DNA of 64,000 nt from Polaromonas sp. (GTDB taxonomy: Bacteria > Pseudomonadota > Gammaproteobacteria > Burkholderiales > Burkholderiaceae_C), in the NCBI GenBank assembly GCA_031428975.1, contig JANOYR010000062.1:11368-75367 (forward strand), in the 5' to 3' direction. The translations under genes and the position numbers were made by a program. Below the pieces are notes generated by a model. That model made no database searches, was not told the DNA's origin, and was given only the letters and a program-made list of their open reading frames with translations. Positions 1 to 8,719 of the stretch are shown here, one piece after another (within the stretch, counting starts at the first letter, position 1; the number at the start of each line of letters is the position of its first letter).

Positions 1-488
1 GGCTCATCAAGCAGCAGCAAGCGCGGGTTCAACACCAAAGCCCGCCCCACAGCGAGCATTTGCTGCTCACCGCCTGAGAGTTGCGTACCCAAATTGGCTT
101 TGCGCTCTGCAAGGCGTGGAAACATGGCATACACCCTGTCCGGTGTCCACGGCTGTGCGCCCGCCCTGCCCGCCCGCTCTACCGCCGTTAAATTCTCATG
201 CACAGTGAGTGATTTAAAAATATTGCGCTCTTGTGGCACCCAGCCAATGCCTGCTGCCGCTCGCTGGTGTGCAGGCAGGGCGTGCAAAAGCACTCCGCCT
301 AGGCGGATGCTACCGCCGTGCTGGCGCGTGGCACCTGCTAGCGTGTTAAGAAGGGTGGTTTTACCTGTCCCGTTGCGCCCTAAAAGCGCCAATGTTTCGC
401 CTTCGGCCAATGAAAACGAGACATCAGTGACCACCACGGCCTCGCCGTAGCCCGCACTCAAACGGTCAACACTTAAAAAATTAGACAT
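1..488 (-). CDS. ABC transporter ATP-binding protein, LivF-like (HAAT family); C-terminal end lies outside the window
   Basis: Minus-strand translation from ATG 488-486 reads MSNFLSVDRLSAGYGEAVVVTDVSF..LLGRNGTGKTT (Walker A)..LSGGEQQMLAVGRAL..LLLLDEP (signature, Walker B). It is still open at position 1. The start overlaps the stop of the upstream LivG-like gene by 8 nt. It is absent from the ORF track because the window edge truncates it. Confidence 0.85.
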   Translation of the reverse strand, partial: MSNFLSVDRLSAGYGEAVVVTDVSFSLAEGETLALLGRNGTGKTTLLNTLAGATRQHGGSIRLGGVLLHALPAHQRAAAGIGWVPQERNIFKSLTVHENLTAVERAGRAGAQPWTPDRVYAMFPRLAERKANLGTQLSGGEQQMLAVGRALVLNPRLLLLDE

Positions 489-1272
489 GGGCGGCCTCCA
501 ACTGGCTATGCGCATCGCCATGCGTGTCATCTTGCCCCAAATACACGGCACGTACCTGTGGGTCATTGGCAATTTGCTGCGGATCGCCCTCAGTGAGCAC
601 TGCGCCATTGACCAACACCGTCATGCGGGTAGCAAAGCTAAAGACTAAGTCCATGTCGTGCTCAATGAGCAGCACCGACACGTCCGCTGGCAGCGCCGCC
701 ACCGTTTGCAAAAGCTCCTCGCGCTCACCTGCTGGCACGCCGGCCACGGGCTCGTCAAGCAGCAACACACGCGGCTCGCAGGCCAATGCAATGGCAATCT
801 CTAGCAAGCGGCGCTTGCCATATGCCAACTGTTCAGTGCGCTGGTTCGCCACGTCAGTTAATCGAAATTGCTCTAGCAATTGCTCAGCACGCATTGCTAC
901 ATTTTTGTTAGCACCTAATGACCGCCACACGCTGACATTGCCACTATTTCGTTGAGAGATAACCATAGCCAGTGTTTCTAGCGGGGTCATGGTGTTAAAT
1001 AGCTGGTTGATTTGAAATGTGCGCACCATGCCGCGCTGCACCCGCTTGTGGGGCGCTAGGCGGCTGATGTCTTGCCCCAAAAGGGCAATGCTGCCGCTGG
1101 TAGGCTCAAGCACACCGGTCATCAGGTTGATGAGCGTGGTTTTGCCAGCGCCGTTGGGACCGATCAAGGCGTGGCGTGCGCCCTGCTTGAGCTCTAGGCT
1201 CACGTTGTCGGTGGCGGTGATGCCCCCAAATTTTTTCACCAAGTTGGTGCAGCTTAAAACGGTATCGGTCAT
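481..1272 (-). CDS. ABC transporter ATP-binding protein, LivG-like
   Basis: 263-aa ORF with ATG start. Walker A GPNGAGKTT, LAYGKRRLLEIAIAL signature region and LLLDEP Walker B. A 4-nt overlap links it to the upstream permease gene. Confidence 0.9.
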   Translation of the reverse strand: MTDTVLSCTNLVKKFGGITATDNVSLELKQGARHALIGPNGAGKTTLINLMTGVLEPTSGSIALLGQDISRLAPHKRVQRGMVRTFQINQLFNTMTPLETLAMVISQRNSGNVSVWRSLGANKNVAMRAEQLLEQFRLTDVANQRTEQLAYGKRRLLEIAIALACEPRVLLLDEPVAGVPAGEREELLQTVAALPADVSVLLIEHDMDLVFSFATRMTVLVNGAVLTEGDPQQIANDPQVRAVYLGQDDTHGDAHSQLEAAHV

Positions 1273-2246
1273 TTGGCCGCCCCCGTATTCCGTGGCTTAA
1301 ACCATGTCCAAGGCCGCATAAAGCGCTCGCGCCCGACCAAGACCAAAACCACTAAAAATAAGCCAATCCAAAAAGTCCAATACTGCGGCGTGATGGCCGA
1401 AACAGTGTCGTGCAGGAGCTTGAACACCACCGCACCCGCAATGCCGCCATAGAGCCAACCCACGCCGCCAATGACCAACATCAACAACACATCGGCAGAG
1501 CGGTCGATGGCAAACACATCCAACGAGGCGAAACCCGTGGTTTGCGCCATGAGCGCACCCGCTGCACCCGCTATGGATGCCGCGATGGTGTAAACCACGG
1601 CCAATCGCGCTGGCACGGGCACGCCAATGGACATGGCACGCAGGCGGTTGTCTCGTACCGCCTTGAGCGTGGCGCCAAAGGGCGAATGCACCAAACGCCG
1701 CGCCACGTAAAAAAGCAGCAGCAGCACCGACAATGAATACCAAGCGGCTGTTCGTCCCTGTAGGTCGAACTCAAATTTTCTAAGCACAGCAGCCATCACC
1801 ACGCCTTGCAAACCATCAGCACCGCCCGTGAGCCAGTCGAGTTTGTTGGCCAGCTCAAACAAAATCAGACCCACACCAAGCGTGACCATCAGGCGCGTCA
1901 AATCACTGCCCCGCATAATGGTAAGGCTGCATACCGCTCCTAAAAGCGTAGTAGCCAGCATAGCCACCAAAAGCCCTACAAGCGGATCGGGCATGATATG
2001 TTTGGCAAACAAAGCCGCTGTGTAAGCCCCAAAACCCAAAAATGCCGCATGGCCCAGCGTGACGATTCCGGTGTAACCCAAGACCAAGTCTAGGGACACT
2101 GCAAACAACGCCACAATGGCGATTTCGTTGACGATCAGAGCGTGTTTAGGTAAAACCAAAGGCACGGCAAATGCTAGCAACCAAACCGCAATTTCCAGTG
2201 GCTTAATGCGGCTTGCAGCCAGCAAAGTAGTGTGTGCATTGCTCAT
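1269..2246 (-). CDS. ABC transporter permease, LivM-like
   Basis: 325-aa strongly hydrophobic ORF with ATG start. 4-nt overlaps on both sides place it in the LIV-type operon. Confidence 0.88.
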   Translation of the reverse strand: MSNAHTTLLAASRIKPLEIAVWLLAFAVPLVLPKHALIVNEIAIVALFAVSLDLVLGYTGIVTLGHAAFLGFGAYTAALFAKHIMPDPLVGLLVAMLATTLLGAVCSLTIMRGSDLTRLMVTLGVGLILFELANKLDWLTGGADGLQGVVMAAVLRKFEFDLQGRTAAWYSLSVLLLLFYVARRLVHSPFGATLKAVRDNRLRAMSIGVPVPARLAVVYTIAASIAGAAGALMAQTTGFASLDVFAIDRSADVLLMLVIGGVGWLYGGIAGAVVFKLLHDTVSAITPQYWTFWIGLFLVVLVLVGRERFMRPWTWFKPRNTGAAK

Positions 2247-3109
2247 TTGGAGCCTCCACGGCTAAATAAGCCTTGTGGTCGCCAAATCAAAATGGCGATC
2301 ATCAGCGAATAAACGATAAAAGCACCCAGCTTGGGCACATAGTATTTGCCCGCTACGTCGGCTATGCCCAGCAGCAGCGCGGCGAGCAGTGGGCCTGTGA
2401 GTGAAGTGGTACCGCCCACGGCCACAACGATCAAAAAATACACCATAAACTTGAACGGAAAACTCGGGTCAAGCCCCAACACTTCAGCGCCCATGGCACC
2501 GCCCAAACCCGCAAGGCCAGAGCCCACGGCAAAAGTCAGCGAAAAAACCACGTTGACATTGATGCCCATGCCCGCCGCCACGCGCGGGTCGTCCACACTC
2601 GCGCGAAGGCGGCTACCAAAGCGGGTGCGCGAAAGAATAAGTTGCAACACCACCGCCAAAGCCGCGCACACCGCAATGATAAACAAGCGGTAATGCCCCA
2701 TGCCCAAAGCACCGTCAAACAGCTCAGTGCGGCCACGCAGCCAGTCGGGCAACTGCATGATTTGTTGGGTCGAACCCATAAAATAATCAGTCGCCGCCAC
2801 TGACATGAAGACCATGCCGATGGTAAGCAGCACTTGGTCTAGGTGCGGTTTGCCATACATTGGGCGGTAAACCGTGCGCTCTAGCACCACGCCTGCTAGC
2901 GCTGGCACGATAAAAGCCAGTGGCAAGCAAATTAAAAATGGCACGCCAAATTTTTGCATCAACACCACGGTGACATAGCCACCGAGCATGGCAAAAGCAC
3001 CGTGGGCTAGGTTGATGAAGTTCATCAAGCCCATGGTGATGCACAGGCCAACGGCCAATATAAAAAGCAGCATACCGTAGGCTATGCCGTCAAAAAGAAT
3101 GGTAAGCAT
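2243..3109 (-). CDS. ABC transporter permease, LivH-like
   Basis: 288-aa hydrophobic ORF with a LivH-like N-terminus (MLTILFDGIAYGMLLFILAVGL) and ATG start. Confidence 0.88.
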   Translation of the reverse strand: MLTILFDGIAYGMLLFILAVGLCITMGLMNFINLAHGAFAMLGGYVTVVLMQKFGVPFLICLPLAFIVPALAGVVLERTVYRPMYGKPHLDQVLLTIGMVFMSVAATDYFMGSTQQIMQLPDWLRGRTELFDGALGMGHYRLFIIAVCAALAVVLQLILSRTRFGSRLRASVDDPRVAAGMGINVNVVFSLTFAVGSGLAGLGGAMGAEVLGLDPSFPFKFMVYFLIVVAVGGTTSLTGPLLAALLLGIADVAGKYYVPKLGAFIVYSLMIAILIWRPQGLFSRGGSK

Positions 3110-3127
3110 GGTGGTGTAAACCTTGAG

Positions 3128-3147
3128 GCCTCGGTGTGGGCCGAGGC
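3128..3147 (-). promoter_or_regulatory. GC-rich intercistronic hairpin between binding-protein gene and first permease gene
   Basis: GCCTCGG (3128-3134) and CCGAGGC (3141-3147) form a 7-bp stem with a 6-nt loop. It lies in the 48-nt gap between the stop at 3158 and the livH-like ATG at 3109. No U-tract follows on the minus strand, so it is more likely an mRNA stability or partial-stop element than a full terminator. Confidence 0.4.
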
Positions 3148-3157
3148 TTGGGTGGTT

Positions 3158-4327
3158 TTATTTGGCTTTTCCGGGGTCTTTGACGTCGGTGATGGTTGAA
3201 AACTCAACGTTGTGCAGCTCAGCGCCCACTTTTTCAACTTTGCGGATGTAAATGTTGTGCACCACATCGCGGGTTTGCGCGTCGATGAACATGGGGCCGC
3301 GCGGGCTTTCAAAAATTTGGCCCTTCATCGCTGCCAGCAGTTCATCGCCGCGGCCGCCCTTGGTTTTTTTGGCGGCTTCATAAATCACGCGCATACCGTC
3401 GTAGCCACCCACGGCCATGAAATTGGGGCGTAAGCCAGCATTGGCTTTGCTAAAGGCTTCCACAAACTTTTTGTTGAGTGCTGAGTTGTGGTTGGCAGAA
3501 TAGTGGTGTGAGGTCACTACGCCCATCGCAGCGTCGCCCATGCCATTCAAGATGTCGTCATCGGTGATATCACCGGTACCAATGAGTTTGATTCCGGCTT
3601 TGTCCAAGCCCCGCTCGGTAAATTGCTTCATGAGTGCAGCGCCCGCCCCCGATGGCACAAAAGCAAACACTGCGTCTGGCTTCGCATCGCGCACTTTTTG
3701 TAAAAAAGGCGCAAAGTCTGGGTTGCGCACTGGAACGCGCAGGCTCTCTGGCACAGTACCGCCATTGAATATCAGGCGGTCTTTAAAATACTTTTCTGCA
3801 TCAATGCCTGGGCCGTAATCTGCCACCAAAGTCACCACTTTTTTGATGCCGTTTTTGGGAACCCAGTCGGCCATGGCAACCGCTGCTTGGGGCAGCGTGA
3901 AGCTGGTGCGCACAATGTATTCAGACGCTTGCGTGATGCTGGAGGTGGCCGCGGCCATGACCACTTGGGGGGTTTTGCTTTGCGTGGCAATCGGCGCAGT
4001 GGCCAAAGCCAAAGGCGTGAGGCCAAAGCCCGCCAACACATTGACTTTGTCATTGACCACCAGCTCTTGCGCAATGCGCTTGGTTTGGTCTGGCGCACTG
4101 GCATCGTCTTTGAGGATGATCTCGACTTTTTTGCCGCCGACTGTTGCGCCGTTTTGCGCCACATACAGTTTGACCGCTGCGTCAATTTGCTTGCCAGTGG
4201 AGGCAAACGGGCCGGTCATGGGCAAAATCAGGCCGATTTTGAAAGTGTTGTCTTGTGCCCAAGCGGACGGGGCCAGCAAGATACCTGCTGCAAGCGCAGC
4301 GCTAGTGAGGGGTAAAAGTTTGAACAT
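3158..4327 (-). CDS. ABC transporter periplasmic substrate-binding protein (LivJ/K-fold), paralog 1
   Basis: 389-aa ORF with a signal peptide (MFKLLPLTSAALAAGILLAPSAWA), then FKIGLILPMTGPFASTG, typical of family-4 LIV-type binding proteins. Confidence 0.9.
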   Translation of the reverse strand: MFKLLPLTSAALAAGILLAPSAWAQDNTFKIGLILPMTGPFASTGKQIDAAVKLYVAQNGATVGGKKVEIILKDDASAPDQTKRIAQELVVNDKVNVLAGFGLTPLALATAPIATQSKTPQVVMAAATSSITQASEYIVRTSFTLPQAAVAMADWVPKNGIKKVVTLVADYGPGIDAEKYFKDRLIFNGGTVPESLRVPVRNPDFAPFLQKVRDAKPDAVFAFVPSGAGAALMKQFTERGLDKAGIKLIGTGDITDDDILNGMGDAAMGVVTSHHYSANHNSALNKKFVEAFSKANAGLRPNFMAVGGYDGMRVIYEAAKKTKGGRGDELLAAMKGQIFESPRGPMFIDAQTRDVVHNIYIRKVEKVGAELHNVEFSTITDVKDPGKAK

Positions 4328-4356
4328 AGTGTGCAGATAGAGGTTTAAGGAAGTGG

Positions 4357-5523
4357 TTAACGCGGGTCTTTGACGTCTTTTAAAACGTCGAACTCCATGT
4401 TGTAGAGCTGGCCATTGACCCGCTCTACGCGGCGGATGTAGACATTTTGCACAATATCGCGAGTCTGGGCATCGATGTAAATGGGACCACGCGGGCTTTC
4501 AAAAACCTGCCCTTTCATGGCTGCGACCAATGACTCCCCTGCGCCCTGCCCCTTGGTAGCCTTGATCGCTTCGTAGATCACGCGCATTCCATCGTAGGCA
4601 GAAACGCCGAAAAAGTTAGGGCGAATACCCTTACTTTGTTGCATATACGCTGCGACAAACTTTTTGTTCATGGGCGAGTTGTGCGAGGCCGAGTAGGGGT
4701 GCGAGGTAACCAAGCCCAACGCCACATCGCCCATGTCATTCAGAATTTCGTCATCGGCCACGCTGCCCTCGCCAATCAAGCGGATGCCCGCTTTGTCTAG
4801 CCCGCGCTCGGCAAATTGCTTGAGCAACACCGAGCCCGCGCCAGCTGGCACAAACACAAACAGCGCATCGGGTTTGAGGTCGCGCACTTTTTGCAGAAAC
4901 GGCGCGTAATCTGGGTTGCGCAGCGGCACACGCAGCTCGGCCAGCATCTGCCCGCCATTGAGCAAAAAGCGCTCACGGAAGGTTTTTTCAGCATCAATGC
5001 CAGGGCCGTAATCGGTGACCAAGCTCACCACTTTTTTGATGCCGTTTTTAGGGGCCCATTCCGCTACCCCTAGTGTCACTTGAGGCAGTGTCATGCTGGT
5101 ACGCACAATATACGGCGATGCGCTGGTCACAATGGAGGTGGCTGCAGCCATGACCACCATGGGGGTTTTAGACTGGGTGGCGATTGGCGCGGTAGCCAAG
5201 GCCAAAGGGGTGAGGCCAAAGCCAGCTAAAACGTCGATTTTTTCGTTGGCTACCAGCTCTTGGGCCAAACGGCGGGTGATGTCGGGCGTGCCCGCGTCGT
5301 CCTTGAGAATCACCTCCACGGTGCGGCCAGCTACTTTGTCGCCCATTTGCGCCATGTACAAGCGCACGCCGTTTTCAATTTGCCGTCCGGTGGAGGCGAA
5401 TGGCCCGGTCATGGGCAGCAACAGGCCAATTTTGAAGGGCTTGGCCTGAGCCAATGCGCCGCCAGCTTGCATTGCCAGCGCAGCGGCCGACACACTGAGA
5501 AAAGTCCGTTTACTTGCGTCCAT
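4357..5523 (-). CDS. ABC transporter periplasmic substrate-binding protein (LivJ/K-fold), paralog 2
   Basis: 388-aa ORF with a signal peptide, then FKIGLLLPMTGPFASTG. It is collinear with paralog 1 and roughly two-thirds identical by eye (e.g. LAGFGLTPLALATAPIATQSKTP is shared exactly). Confidence 0.9.
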   Translation of the reverse strand: MDASKRTFLSVSAAALAMQAGGALAQAKPFKIGLLLPMTGPFASTGRQIENGVRLYMAQMGDKVAGRTVEVILKDDAGTPDITRRLAQELVANEKIDVLAGFGLTPLALATAPIATQSKTPMVVMAAATSIVTSASPYIVRTSMTLPQVTLGVAEWAPKNGIKKVVSLVTDYGPGIDAEKTFRERFLLNGGQMLAELRVPLRNPDYAPFLQKVRDLKPDALFVFVPAGAGSVLLKQFAERGLDKAGIRLIGEGSVADDEILNDMGDVALGLVTSHPYSASHNSPMNKKFVAAYMQQSKGIRPNFFGVSAYDGMRVIYEAIKATKGQGAGESLVAAMKGQVFESPRGPIYIDAQTRDIVQNVYIRRVERVNGQLYNMEFDVLKDVKDPR

Positions 5524-5554
5524 GTTGGTCTCCTATGGGGGTTAAAAATACAAT

Positions 5555-6544
5555 TTACACAATTTCTGGCCGGTAAGCCGACTCTAGCGTGATGGTACCC
5601 ACCGCGCGGGATACGCACACGCAGATACGACGATTGTCCTTCTTTTCGTGTTCAGACAAAAATACATCGCGGTGGTCAATTTCGCCGTCAATCGACAGCA
5701 CATCCATCACACACAGGCCGCATTCGCCACGCCTGCAATCGTGAATGGCGGGTACGCCCGCGAGCTCTAGTTCGTCTAAAAGACTGGAACTGGTAGGCAC
5801 GGTAATGTCAATGCCATGGCGCGGCACGCGCAGCGTGAATGGCCGTGTGGGCAAACGCCCACTGCTGCCAAAGGTTTCAAAACGCAAATCTGCCACGGGG
5901 CGCTGGGCATCGGCCCACGCACGCTTGATGGCTTCGAGCATCGGCACTGGGCCGCAGGTGTACAGGTAAGCGCCTTGCGGCAAAGCCGCAATTTCGGCCG
6001 CATAGTCCACGTTTTGGCCTTCAGATGCCACAAAAGTTTGCAGATCAGTTCCTAAACATTCGCGCAAAACGGGCAAAAAGCCCAATTCGTCCGCTGTGCG
6101 TGCGCCGTACAACATGCGCAGCCGAGCCCCCGTCTTGTCCGCATGGGTTTTTAGACGCTGGGCCATGAGCAGCAGTGGCGTGATGCCAATACCGCCCGCC
6201 GCTATCAAATACGCAGGTGCTGCAAAATCCAAAGGAAAATGGTTGAGCGGGGCAGAGACCTCCAAACGGTCGCCAACGGCCAAACGCCACATCGCCATAG
6301 AACCACCACGCCCGTCTGGCAAATGCTTCACAGCAAACCGGTAAGTGACACCGTCGGGCTCGCCTAACAGCGAATACGAACGGGTTTGGGGTTTACCGTT
6401 GACTAAAATTTGCATTTGCAGGTGTGCGCCTGGGGCGTAACTGCCCGCCCCACCCACAGGTACTACGCAAAACTCGCGCACTGTGGGTGTGACACTGCGA
6501 ATAGACACCAGCTTGGCAGATACCCAATCTAGCACTGCTTTCAT
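5555..6544 (-). CDS. PDR/VanB-type oxidoreductase (FNR-like flavin/NAD module plus C-terminal plant-type 2Fe-2S)
   Basis: 329-aa ORF. RSYSL flavin-binding motif, AAGGIGITPLL NAD-binding motif, and C-terminal CRRGECGLC..C cysteine cluster. Confidence 0.85.
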   Translation of the reverse strand: MKAVLDWVSAKLVSIRSVTPTVREFCVVPVGGAGSYAPGAHLQMQILVNGKPQTRSYSLLGEPDGVTYRFAVKHLPDGRGGSMAMWRLAVGDRLEVSAPLNHFPLDFAAPAYLIAAGGIGITPLLLMAQRLKTHADKTGARLRMLYGARTADELGFLPVLRECLGTDLQTFVASEGQNVDYAAEIAALPQGAYLYTCGPVPMLEAIKRAWADAQRPVADLRFETFGSSGRLPTRPFTLRVPRHGIDITVPTSSSLLDELELAGVPAIHDCRRGECGLCVMDVLSIDGEIDHRDVFLSEHEKKDNRRICVCVSRAVGTITLESAYRPEIV

Positions 6545-6592
6545 GCCGCAACTCCTTGCAATCGGTATTGCAGGTTTATTTTTTGAAGTATT

Positions 6593-6630
6593 TTGACCAA
6601 TGTCACCGTCATATGGTCATAGTTTGCTAT
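6593..6630 (-). repeat. 38-nt repeat family, copy A
   Basis: Minus strand reads ATAGCAAACTATGACCATATGACGGTGACATTGGTCAA, 36/38 identical to copy B. It begins 21 nt after the stop of the GntR gene (6652) on the same strand. Confidence 0.92.
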
Positions 6631-6651
6631 ATATTTCATAGTATTTTAGGC

Positions 6652-7446
6652 TCACGCTCTGCGCCGTATCAAACGCACACCGGGCAGTTGTGCGGCATTG
6701 GGGTTCTTAATGGCTTGGCTAAGATTCCTTTTTGCATGGCGCGAATGCTCGCGCATCAGCGCCTCCGCACGCGAGCCTTCGCGCAGCGCAATGGCATCGA
6801 GCACCTGCGCATGCTGGTCTTGCGCCACCACCAGCATGTCGCGTGCGGCAGGTGAATTGGCCTGCACCACGACAAATGCCGAGGCCGAAGCAAACGGCAA
6901 ACTCACCACCCGCTCCAGCAAGCGGGTAATGGTGTCGCTGCCTGCCATTTCCGCCAAAAGCGCATGAAAACGCTCATTGAGCGTGACATATTGCGAAAAT
7001 GCATCGTCGTCAAGGGCGCTGGGCACGAGCAAGGCATCCACTTGTGCGAGCAACTCCCGCGCCTCAGCCATCAGCACTGGCGGTGCGCCGCGCTCGGCAG
7101 CCAAGCGTGCGAGCAAACCTTCTAGCGTGCCGCGCAATTCTATGGAATCAGCGACGTCTCGTTCACTGAGAATTTTGACCGCATAGCCGCCGTTTGGCAG
7201 CGCCTCAATCAAACCCTCTTGCTCCAAACGCATCAGTGCGGCGCGGATGGGGGTGCGCGAAATGCCCAACTTGTCGACAATCGTCAGCTCGGCAATGCGC
7301 GTGCCGCCTGCCAGTTCGCCACTGAAAATCATCTCGCGCAGCCGCAGTTGCGCCTTGATGGACTGCGACAGCGCAACCGGGCCGCCTAAGTCTGCTGCCT
7401 CGCTTGCAACGCCAGTGGCGGCAGACAAAACTGGTTTTAATGCCAT
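6652..7446 (-). CDS. GntR-family transcriptional regulator (FCD-type C-terminal domain)
   Basis: 264-aa ORF. Winged-helix region (LAGGTRIAELTIVDKLGISRTPIRAALMRLEQEGLI) followed by a helical effector domain. Confidence 0.88.
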   Translation of the reverse strand: MALKPVLSAATGVASEAADLGGPVALSQSIKAQLRLREMIFSGELAGGTRIAELTIVDKLGISRTPIRAALMRLEQEGLIEALPNGGYAVKILSERDVADSIELRGTLEGLLARLAAERGAPPVLMAEARELLAQVDALLVPSALDDDAFSQYVTLNERFHALLAEMAGSDTITRLLERVVSLPFASASAFVVVQANSPAARDMLVVAQDQHAQVLDAIALREGSRAEALMREHSRHAKRNLSQAIKNPNAAQLPGVRLIRRRA

Positions 7447-7452
7447 ACAAAC

Positions 7453-8571
7453 TCAAGCAGCAGAAAGAATGGGAATAACCGCTGGTTTGCCAACACCGGG
7501 CTTTTCTCGGGCGACCAAGCCATCAATCAAACGGCGTGCCCACATGGAGCCAGCGTCGATGTTGAGGTTGTAAAAAATCTTGTCGGGGTGCTCGTCCATG
7601 GCAATTTGCTGGGCTTCCAACACATGCTCGTCTTCTCTAAAAATACTGGCCACCCCCTCTCGTAGCTGGTGCGTGAGACGCTGTTCCCCCAATTGGTAGT
7701 TTCGGGCAAAGGCCCAAAAGTAATGGCATGTGCCGTCGGTTTCTGGGGTAACGGTGTTGAGTACAAAACCATTCACACCCTTGCTGCGCTGGCTTTGCCG
7801 TGCATCGCCTTGGTTTCCGCCCGGTGGTATGGCGCCCGTGCCGGTTTGGGCCACGCCCACGTCGATGGTGACCGTGCAAGGCGCTTCAAATTTGATGATC
7901 TGCCAACGGTCCACAGGCCCTTCATAGCCGAGGCTGTTTTTGATTTGCCCTGCCCAAAACGGCGGTGCTTCAATATTCTCCATCCAGCGGGTCACTGTGG
8001 CCGTGCGGTCGCCATGCGTGGCCACAAAAGGGGCTTCGGCCACCGCTTGTTGGCCAATGCTAGAGCCATGCACAAAGGTTTCATGGGTCAAATCCATCAA
8101 ATTGTCGACCACCAAGCGGTAATCGCAGGCTACAGTAATCAATTTCCCGTCGCCCGCCCAGTCGGGGTCATCGTTCCAATGCAGGTCGGGCACTAGCGCA
8201 GGATCTGCCTTGGCGGGGTCACCGGGCCAGACCCATACAAAACGGTGCTTTTCCACTACTGGAAAACTGCGCACACATGCCGAAGGATTGAGTGTTTCTT
8301 GGCTGGGCATATGGGTGCAGCGCCCTTGCGCGTTGTATACCAAACCGTGGTATCCGCAGACCACAGAATCGCCCTCAAGCCTGCCCATAGAAAGCGGCAG
8401 CAAACGGTGCCAGCAGGCATCTTCTAGCACCGCCACTTGGCCCTGCGAGCTGCGGTACATCACCAGTTTTTGGTTGCAAATCGTGCGCGCCAGTAGCGCA
8501 CTTTTAACCTCTACATCGTACGCAGCGGCGTACCAAGCATTGAGTGGAAAATGGGATTTTTCGGTTTTCAT
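7453..8571 (-). CDS. Rieske non-heme iron oxygenase, VanA (vanillate O-demethylase oxygenase) family
   Basis: 372-aa ORF. Rieske motif CWHRLLPLSMG..CGYHGLVYN. DNLMDLTHETFVHGSSIG mononuclear-iron region. The layout closely parallels Pseudomonas VanA as I remember it (NAWY.., FVWVWPGD, CDYRL..DNLMDLTHE). Confidence 0.88.
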   Translation of the reverse strand: MKTEKSHFPLNAWYAAAYDVEVKSALLARTICNQKLVMYRSSQGQVAVLEDACWHRLLPLSMGRLEGDSVVCGYHGLVYNAQGRCTHMPSQETLNPSACVRSFPVVEKHRFVWVWPGDPAKADPALVPDLHWNDDPDWAGDGKLITVACDYRLVVDNLMDLTHETFVHGSSIGQQAVAEAPFVATHGDRTATVTRWMENIEAPPFWAGQIKNSLGYEGPVDRWQIIKFEAPCTVTIDVGVAQTGTGAIPPGGNQGDARQSQRSKGVNGFVLNTVTPETDGTCHYFWAFARNYQLGEQRLTHQLREGVASIFREDEHVLEAQQIAMDEHPDKIFYNLNIDAGSMWARRLIDGLVAREKPGVGKPAVIPILSAA

Positions 8572-8581
8572 GGATTCGCAT

Positions 8582-8589
8582 TGTATACA
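8582..8589. promoter_or_regulatory. TGTATACA palindrome in the divergent vanA-like / metE-like promoter region (candidate GntR operator)
   Basis: A perfect 8-bp palindrome within cattGTATACataa, 11 nt upstream of the vanA-like ATG. GT..AC-centred palindromes are typical GntR-family operators. Confidence 0.3.
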
Positions 8590-8610
8590 TAAATCCCATA
8601 AACACTCTAG

Positions 8611-8623
8611 ATAACAGGGTTAT
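8611..8623. promoter_or_regulatory. ATAAC-AGG-GTTAT inverted repeat (candidate operator); AGATAACAGG repeated at 8677-8686
   Basis: A perfect 5-3-5 inverted repeat. The 10-mer AGATAACAGG occurs twice, 67 nt apart, in the same 148-nt divergent intergenic region. Confidence 0.3.
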
Positions 8624-8719
8624 TGAGGCTAAATTGCCACTTTATGTATTCATGGCGCAGTTTTTTAATGCACTAAGATAACAGGCAATATTTAACCACC
8701 CCACCCTCAGGAGACTTGT

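Noticed and set aside
94-450. Long antisense or out-of-frame ORFs in the six-frame track inside well-supported genes. Examples: 94-450, 524-955, 1297-1743, 8642-9163, 16433-17278, 19027-19650, 23875-24480, 38506-39093, 43010-43720, 44237-44875, 45397-45990, 49600-50151 and 52587-53243.
   Set aside because: They overlap genes with clear family motifs on the other strand or frame. Their translations are Arg/Ala/Gly/His-rich low-complexity strings typical of spurious open frames in GC-rich DNA. None shows a recognisable motif.
6541-6612. Mini-ORFs inside the repeat. ATG ACC ATA TGA encodes Met-Thr-Ile-stop. ATG ACG GTG ACA TTG.. encodes MTVTL... In copy A the latter runs 23 codons and ends in an ATGA overlap with the vanB-like start.
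   Set aside because: The ATG is replaced by TTG or ATT in copies C, D, G and I. The downstream peptides differ completely in length and sequence between copies. No SD precedes them. The copy A coupling to vanB looks fortuitous.
6613-6629. Sigma-54 promoter resemblance of TGGTCATAGT(G/T)TGCT on the reverse strand of the repeat (GG and GC elements).
   Set aside because: The GG-to-GC spacing is one nucleotide shorter than the strict TGGCAC-N5-TTGC geometry. The flanking consensus bases do not match. In most copies nothing is positioned downstream to be transcribed in that direction.
6556-6855. ORFs 6556-6855(+), 9868-10191(-) and 63734-63964(-), which share the peptide QCHR(H/Q)(M/I)V(I/T)(V/A)CY.
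   Set aside because: The shared peptide is just the translation of the reverse strand of the 38-nt repeat (copies A, B and G). The rest of each ORF is antisense to, or outside, real genes and is not similar between copies, so these are not a gene family.
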